Assembly: GCA_002269645.1 (NCBI GenBank)
Contig: NIVC01004986.1
Span: 1 to 29,440 of the forward strand
DNA length: 29,440 nucleotides
DNA from: Macrostomum lignano
Taxonomy: Eukaryota
Reading direction: 5' to 3'
Positions 22,856-29,440 of the stretch are shown here, piece after piece; position 1 is the stretch's first letter; every line of letters begins with the position of its first letter. The position numbers and the translations under genes were made by a program. The notes below the pieces were generated by a model. It was not told the origin of the DNA. It saw only the letters and a program-made list of their open reading frames with translations, and searched no databases.

Positions 22856-23720
22856 GACTGCATCGTCGCTTCTGTCAGGCGGTGACGGCATCGGTGGATC
22901 ATCAGTCGAGCCGCTTCTGCAGCAGCGCTCCGGTGGCATCCGCAGTCTGGCCGCCTCAGCTGCTGCCGCGGCCAACACCCAGCAGCAACAGCAGCAACTG
23001 TTGCTTCAACAGCAGCAGCAAGCGGCGGCTTCGTCAGGCAACTACTATGGCCAATCCACTGATCAGGCCCACCCAGCCGACCTGAAGCAGCTGTCATCGC
23101 AGGCTATTCTGGCTCGCCAACAGCAGCAGCAGCCAGTTGTCTCCGTGGCCGGTTATCATCCGTCTTCGTACCTGACCTCCGCAGCTGCCCAGCAGCAGCA
23201 GCAGCAGCAGCAACAGGCTCAGCAACATCTGCAGACAATCCGACTCGACCCAATGTCCATAGCCGCCCCGTTGCGGTCCCAGACTCCGCCTAGGCTGCAG
23301 GAGGCGCTCAGCAAGTTGGAGAACGGCTTCAAGAAGCTGCCGCACGCCGCCGATTCTGAACGATTTCGGCAGCACACAACGCATAATCCTACTCAAGTGC
23401 CGCCCTATTATCCGCAGTCGCCGCCGCCGGGCATGGACACCGAGGAGTTCTACGCTCGGCTAGACGTGCACACTCTGTTCTTCATCTTCTACTACTTCGA
23501 GGGCACCAAAGCCCAGTACTTGGCCGCTAAAACATTGAAGAAAATGTCCTGGCGATTCCACACCAAATATCTCATGTGGTTTCAACGCCACGAGGAGCCC
23601 AAAACCATCACGGACGATTTCGAGAAGGGCACCTACGTTTATTACGACTACGAGAAGGCGGTGCAAAAGCGACGCGACTTCACGTTCGAGTACAAGTACC
23701 TTGAGGACAAGGATCTGTGA
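22705..23720 (+). CDS. CNOT3: CNOT3 terminal exon 8 (polyQ linker plus NOT2/3/5 NOT-box domain)
   Basis: cctgcag| acceptor; [54 protein letters not shown]...[13 protein letters not shown] then TGA. The exons sum to 2331 nt (776 aa plus stop) after removing one A in exon 2. Confidence 0.96.
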
Positions 23721-24311
23721 ATCTGCGGCTTCTATAAATAAGCACAATGGATGTAATAAGTGTGCGCTAATACCAAGGACTGGCTCTGTCCGCGTGTCCG
23801 TCTCTATACATAACCATACACATTCACTCATTCACTATAAGCGTTTGAAGATTTATATGACGGCATTTTTGCCAACAAGTCAACCGTATCTAGGGACACC
23901 CAGTGCGCGTATTTCTTCTGTCTACGAGTACTACCCTTCTGAACTTCTCAGTCATCGATTTCTTCTGATCTGCTTCTTCTTTGTCGTCTGTCTGTCTCTG
24001 TCTTATTGTTTGTTGGTTCGCTGCACCCATTCTCCCTCTTAACTCCCCGGCCATTGACTGCATCTGCGTCACTTCTTATTACCTATTATACGACATAATA
24101 TAACTAACTAAAAAAGTGGTTTTAAAACGGCAGTAATGAAACAAAAAAACATTTTGACAAGTTTACTAGTTCTTTCGTGTTTTTGCTTCGATTTTTACAC
24201 AAATTTTATTTGAATTCGCTGACGAAACTCATAGCGACTCTTGTTCTCGACATGAGTAAGGTTCGCCCTAATTACATGTAAAAGGCAAACAGCGCTGACT
24301 AGCAGTGCCTT

Positions 24312-25320
24312 CTGAATTTTGGGAGGATGTGCAGTCACCCACTGAAGGTTGGGAGGATGTGCATAACCAGTCACTGAAGGTTGGGAGGGTGTGCATAACC
24401 AGCCACTGAAGGTTGGGAGGATGTGCATAACCAGCCACTGAAGGTTGGGAGGGTGTGCATAACCACCCACTGAAGGTTGGGAGGATGCGCATAACCAGTC
24501 ACTGAAGGTTGGGAGGATGTGCATAACCACCCACTGAAGGTTGGGAGGATGCGCATAACCAGTCACTGAAGGTTGGGAGGATGTGCATAACCAGTCACTG
24601 AAGGTTGGGAGGATGCGCATAACCAGCCACTGAAGGTTGGGAGGATGTGCATAACCAGTCACTGAAGGTTGGGAGGATGTGCATAACCAGTCACTGAAGG
24701 TTGGGAGGATGCGCATAACCAGTCACTGAAGGTTGGGAGGATGTGCATAACCAGCCACTGAAGGTTGGGAGGATGTGCATAACCAGCCACTGAAGGTTGG
24801 GAGGATGTGCATAACCAGCCACTGAAGGTTGGGAAGATGTGCATAACCAGCCACTGAAGGTTGGGAGGATGTGCATAACCAGCCACTGAAGGTTGGGAGG
24901 ATGTGCATAAACAGTCACTGAAGGTTGGGAGGATGTGCATAACCAGCCACTGAAAGGTTTGGAGGATTGCATATAGTCAAACAAAGAAGGTAGGGAGGAT
25001 GTGCATAACCAGTCACTGAAGGTTGGGAGGATGTGCATAACCAGCCACTGAAGGTTGGGAAGATGTGCATAACCAGTCACTGAAGGTTGGGAAGATGTGC
25101 ATAACCAGCCACTGAAGGTTGGGAGGATGTGCATAACCAGTCACTGAAGGTTGGGAGGATGTGCATAACCAGCCACTGAAGGTTGGGAGGATGTGCATAA
25201 CCAGCCACTGAAGGTTGGGAAGATGTGCATAACCAGTCACTGAAGGTTGGGAAGATGTGCATAACCAGCCACTGAAGGTTGGGAAGATGTGCATAACCAG
25301 TCACTGAAGGTTGGGAGGAC
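24312..25320. repeat. 32-bp minisatellite (cactgaaggttgggaggatgtgcataaccag[c/t]), inverted relative of the intron-7 array
   Basis: About 30 tandem units; source of the many spurious minus-strand ORFs here. Confidence 0.95.
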
Positions 25321-25631
25321 TGGTAGCTATAGTCGATGGCTCCAAATCCTGAAGAATTTAATTACTCTCAGCAACCACAGGATTTTGCAATTGGCTCGAC
25401 ATGCAGCTACGCTCGTTCGTGGCTTGCTTTAATTTCTGTTGCGGAATAATTAAAGTACATGTATAACAAACTTCATTTATGGGAGGCTTGCGTAATCTTT
25501 GAATTGCTTAGATTGAAGGTTTTGTCATATGGTATCATATTTTTTACAACAAGAATGGTGTCATATTTACACATGTATCTCTTTAACTAAAGAAATCCGG
25601 AAGTTAGGTTAAACGCGTAAAAGCTTCCAAC

Positions 25632-25962
25632 AGTGAGAGTGACAGATTTTAGCACTCTGAGTCTGTCACTCTTCAGATCTGTAACTCTGAATCTGTAACT
25701 TTCAGATCTCTTACAATTAACAGCCAACTAACAGTTAGTACTCTTCACAACTGACAGATTGGCTGTCTGAATCTGTCACTCTCACTACTATCAGATCGGC
25801 ACTGAATCTGTCACTCTCAGTACTGTCAGATCGGCACTCTGAATCTGTCACTCTTACTACTATCAGATCGGCACTCTGAATCTGTCACTCTCACTCCTGT
25901 AAGATCGGCACTCTGAATCTGTCACTCTCTCACTTCTGTCCCAGTTTAGATCTGACACTCTC
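25632..25962. repeat. 37-bp-unit array (cagatcggcactctgaatctgtcactctcactact), left arm of an inverted pair
   Basis: Several full and degenerate units; reverse complement of the 26452-26850 array. Confidence 0.85.
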
Positions 25963-26451
25963 CCAGTTGGTAAGGAGGCGGTTCGTCTAGAAATGATCAG
26001 TCTACGAAATTTAGTTTTACTTCATAAGCTTAACGCTGCAGATACTCACAAGTGGCATTAGCTGCACATTTTGTTCTCTTGCTTATTGAATCGAAGTGTA
26101 TAAATATTAAATAAATGGCTACAGTCACAAAACAGACCATTTTTACAATTGGCATCCAATTAATAGCAATAAAATGGAAATTTACTACGAGCTACTAGTG
26201 GATTTTCTCTATATTTTGCTGTCCTAAAATTGGAGCTCAGTCGTCCATTGTGAAATAGAAATGCTTCTTTTTTTCCTTAATTTTAATTGCAGTTAGGGCC
26301 ACTGCTATTAAAGCGTTTTAGCAATAAAAAATCATTTATGCTGGAGTCAGACTGATTTCAGAACTAGATCAAAGACGCAAAATTCTGGGAATCATAATTA
26401 TGATTTCTCTTATCAGATTCACTCTTTTTGTTCTGACTATACGAATTAATC

Positions 26452-26850
26452 TGCCGATCTGACAGTAGTGAGAGTGACAGATTCAGAGTGCCAATCTGGC
26501 AGTAGTGAGAGTGACAGATTCAGAGTGCCAATCTGGCAGTAGTGAGAGTGACAGATTCAGAGTGCCAATCTGGCAGTAGTGTGAGAGTGACAGATTCAGA
26601 GTGCCAATACGACAGTAGTGAGAGTGACAGATTCAGAGTGCCAATACGACAGTAGTGAGAGTGACAGATTCAGAGTGCCAATCTGGCAGTAGTGTGAGAG
26701 TGACAGATTCAGAGTGCCAATACGACAGTAGTGAGAGTGACAGATTCAGAGTGCCAATCTTATAGTTGTGAAGAGTGACAGATTCAGAGTGCCAATCTGA
26801 TAAATTGTGAAGAGTGACAGATTCAGAGTGCCAATCTGGCAGTAGTGAGA
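26452..26850. repeat. 37-39-bp-unit array (cagtagtgagagtgacagattcagagtgccaatctgg), right arm of an inverted pair
   Basis: About 10 tandem units. Confidence 0.92.
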
Positions 26851-27074
26851 GAAACACGAACAGAAATTGCCATTACTGTTTGCACTGCAAAGTACATGGC
26901 ACGTACCGGTCGATCTTAATGCTTGTTTTATGGTTATTGTCTGCAATTAAAACCATGTTAACAATCGCACTTACTTGACGATGGAAGAGTAAAACAAAAA
27001 CGCCCCGGAAAAAATCAGTTAAAATTGCTCATAATTATTGCTGTTTCCTGCCCTCACTTCCGCTGTCTCAAATG

Positions 27075-27084
27075 TATTTATAAG
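27075..27084 (+). promoter_or_regulatory. Putative TATA box for the small peptide gene
   Basis: tatttataag about 80 bp upstream of the ATG at 27162. Confidence 0.45.
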
Positions 27085-27161
27085 CCTACTGTTTCGTCGT
27101 GACAAAGCTAATCGAATTTAAACTTTTGGATTCATTAATTTTTTTTCGAAACAAAAAAGCC

Positions 27162-27338
27162 ATGCGTATTTTGTGTCTTGCAGTGCTGCTGATTTGCTCT
27201 TTAGCAATGACCACCTTGGCCTGTCACCATCCAGGACATGTGTCTGACTGCAGCTGCGGTTCCGATCACTGGTGCCGTGGATCACACTCACGTTGCAAAG
27301 GCGGCTTCTGCATTGGTCACGCAGGCTGCTATCACTGA
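27162..27338 (+). CDS. Intronless small secreted His/Cys-rich peptide (58 aa: 20-aa signal peptide plus 38-aa mature peptide)
   Basis: aagccATG; MRILCLAVLLICSLAMTTLA | CHHPGHVSDCSCGSDHWCRGSHSRCKGGFCIGHAGCYH*; GC-rich ORF in AT-rich flanks, TATA upstream and AATAAA downstream. Confidence 0.78.
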   Translation: MRILCLAVLLICSLAMTTLACHHPGHVSDCSCGSDHWCRGSHSRCKGGFCIGHAGCYH

Positions 27339-27367
27339 GTAGCCAGGCTCAAACATTTCAGTCTCTG

Positions 27368-27373
27368 AATAAA
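27368..27373 (+). terminator. Putative polyadenylation signal of the peptide gene
   Basis: AATAAA about 30 nt after the TGA. Confidence 0.5.
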
Positions 27374-27459
27374 TAGTACAGCATTGCAACTAACGGCTAC
27401 TCTTTTGTGCAATGCTAGCATCTACCCAGCTGTGAATTGCCGTCTTAGTTATTTTGAAA

Positions 27460-27580
27460 AGTCAGTCAGTCAGTCAGTCAGTCAGTCAGTCAGTCAGTCA
27501 GTCAGTCAGTCAGTCAGTCAGTCAGTCAGTCAGTCAGTCAGTCAGTCAGTCAGTCAGTCAGTCAGTCAGTCAGTCAGTCA
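27460..27580. repeat. (CAGT)n microsatellite followed by one 37-bp satellite unit (27581-27626)
   Basis: About 30 perfect units. Confidence 0.96.
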
Positions 27581-28455
27581 ATCTGACAGTATTGAGAGTG
27601 ACAGATTCTGAGTGCCCATCTGACAGCTGTTTCTGTCTTTTAAAGAAACCAAATCGGTTTTTTATGAGCCTGAATTTAGTAATCATCGGTTTCTCAAAAT
27701 TATGGCTGTTAAATGCTCGAGCTAGGTTGGAGTTCAGAATTTACTGATTTTACAAAGCGAGATACAGAAGTAGGAAAAAGTCCGGATTTCATCAGAAATC
27801 AAATGTTTAAAACTGGACAGGCTACATATATGTGGATATATATATGAGGGGCATGCAGATGTGGGGGTGAAGGCAGCTCCAGCCAATCAACGAACGAGTG
27901 AGACTGAACGAACGAGAGGATGAAACCATGTAGTTTCTACTAAACTATGCTTTGTTGGAGGCCGCAAAAGTACATATTTTACCTCTCTCAAATAAAACGC
28001 ACGTATGCTTTTGGTTCCTTCCAACATTATATTTTACATTCTCGTTGTATTCAATGATCTACATTCAAACTAAGTCTCTTGCATAGATCGATTGCAAACT
28101 GTGAAACTTTAGTGGTCGAGAGAGAGAGCGCGAAAGAGACGGAGACAGAAAGCCAGGCACGAAGGATCAAGTGCGATTTCGAAGACAATGAGCGGGTTTT
28201 ATTGATCTAAAGGCTACTCACCCGGCTCCCATTCTTTTCTGCCCGCGTCTCTCTGTCTGTCCGTCTAAAACCTGCTTCAGACCGCAACTAAGGAAGCAAC
28301 TTGCCGAATTCTCGCCACTCTCGAGCAATGCACAGCTGGAATGCAGTACAGTGCAGTGCAGTGTACGCCTATTTCGCAAGCTAACACTTGAAAAAAACTC
28401 TCTTAAAGCGTTGAGGGAGTGGAGAATTTTTTTCGGGAAACGAGACCTCAAAGCA

Positions 28456-28826
28456 ATGTTCCTCCTACTGAACAACGGCAAACGCGAGCAGCAGCAGCAG
28501 CAGCAGACGCCGGAGCCAACTCAGTTCGGTCGTCAGGCGTTTCAATTTGACGTGGACGACAATTTCGACGCATCCTGGGACACGCCCTCGTCACCGATGC
28601 GTCGGCAACAGCAGCAGCAGCGGCGGCAGCAGCAGCAGCAGCAGCAACCAAAGTACTATCCGGAGAATCATCCAATTCATCCAGAAGATGAACGACTCAA
28701 CGTGAAATGGCCTGCAAAACGGGAGACTCGGGCTCAGCAACAGCAGCAGCAGCAGCAGCCGTCCAAAAGTAGCGGAGTGCAAGCTGGTGTTGGATCAGCT
28801 GATTCAGATGGATCTTTTGAGCATAG
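28456..28826 (+). CDS. Probable first coding exon of an unidentified polyQ-rich protein (gene continues beyond the window)
   Basis: gcaATG FLLLNNGKREQQQ...DGSFEH; donor AG|gtttgt at 28826/28827; composition like the other host exons; no family recognised. Confidence 0.55.
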
Positions 28827-28851
28827 GTTTGTGGCTGTGACGACGTCGTAG

Positions 28852-29070
28852 GTTGGGAGTGAGGTGTATGCGAGAGTGAGGTGGGTGCAGGAGTGAGGTG
28901 GGTGCAGAGAGTGAGGTGGGTGCAGAGAGTGAGGTGGGTGTGGAAGTGAGGTGGGTGCGCGGGAGTGAGGTGGGTGCGGGAGTGAGGTGGTGCCGGGAGT
29001 GGGCTGGCATGGGTGCCGGAGTGAGCTGGGTGTTGCGGGAATGAGGTGAGTGTTGCGGGAGTGAGGTGGT
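28852..29070. repeat. G-rich about 19-bp minisatellite (gagtgaggtgggtgc...)
   Basis: About 11 degenerate tandem units just inside the predicted intron. Confidence 0.88.
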
Positions 29071-29440
29071 GCCGGTGATGTGTTCCTTATTACCCGACTT
29101 TCGATAATCAAGGAACAATCACTTCTAGCTCAGCAGCTAGGCAACCCAGTAAGTCAACAGAAGGTATTCAATTACCTTGAGTCCTTTGGAGATCTCTCGG
29201 AGTAGTTCTCGATTGTTTTCAGTTGCTCTCGTATAGTCACTTCTGACTTTCGTTTGTAGATCAGGTCCGATTCTTCTTTCTTCTTTCAAATAGTTCCGGC
29301 CGGATTCTGTCGCTCGGACCAATGGGAAGCTTCCGAATTAACAATGGGATCCCTGCGCCAAACTGCGGTCTAAATTAAGCCTCCTTCTTCTAGCAGTGCC
29401 TCTATGCACTCTAGGTATAGCTCCGGAAACCACTGATAGT

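Noticed and set aside
24195-25304. Multiple overlapping minus ORFs (HILPTFSGWLC...)
   Set aside because: The 32-bp unit cycles through all frames; artefact
20773-26850. Regular 23-37-bp repeats as a possible CRISPR array
   Set aside because: Units are contiguous without unique spacers; eukaryotic context and no cas genes
27384-27747. (SVSQ)n ORFs
   Set aside because: Translation of the (CAGT)n microsatellite

Overview
This is eukaryotic (animal) genomic DNA with GT-AG introns and the standard genetic code. GC-rich polyQ exons and minisatellite-filled introns resemble a free-living flatworm such as Macrostomum, but that is inference only. Left to right: (1) the last five coding exons of an afadin/canoe-like gene (+, 1585-5173); (2) an intergenic 5'-truncated RNase H-bearing non-LTR retrotransposon flanked by a 49-bp duplication; (3) a complete 8-exon CNOT3 gene (+, 9295-23720, about 776 aa), with one extra A in an exon-2 homopolymer and a 10-kb first intron holding nested 8-bp-TSD MITEs, a foldback element and a decayed intron-containing Crypton tyrosine-recombinase gene; (4) several tandem arrays, some in inverted pairs; (5) an intronless 58-aa secreted His/Cys-rich peptide gene (+, 27162-27338); (6) the first coding exon of an unidentified polyQ protein. 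The TE copies carry a strong C>T/G>A bias at CpG and CpA/TpG. Most long ORFs in the supplied track are artefacts of tandem repeats or antisense shadows. All alignments were done by hand.
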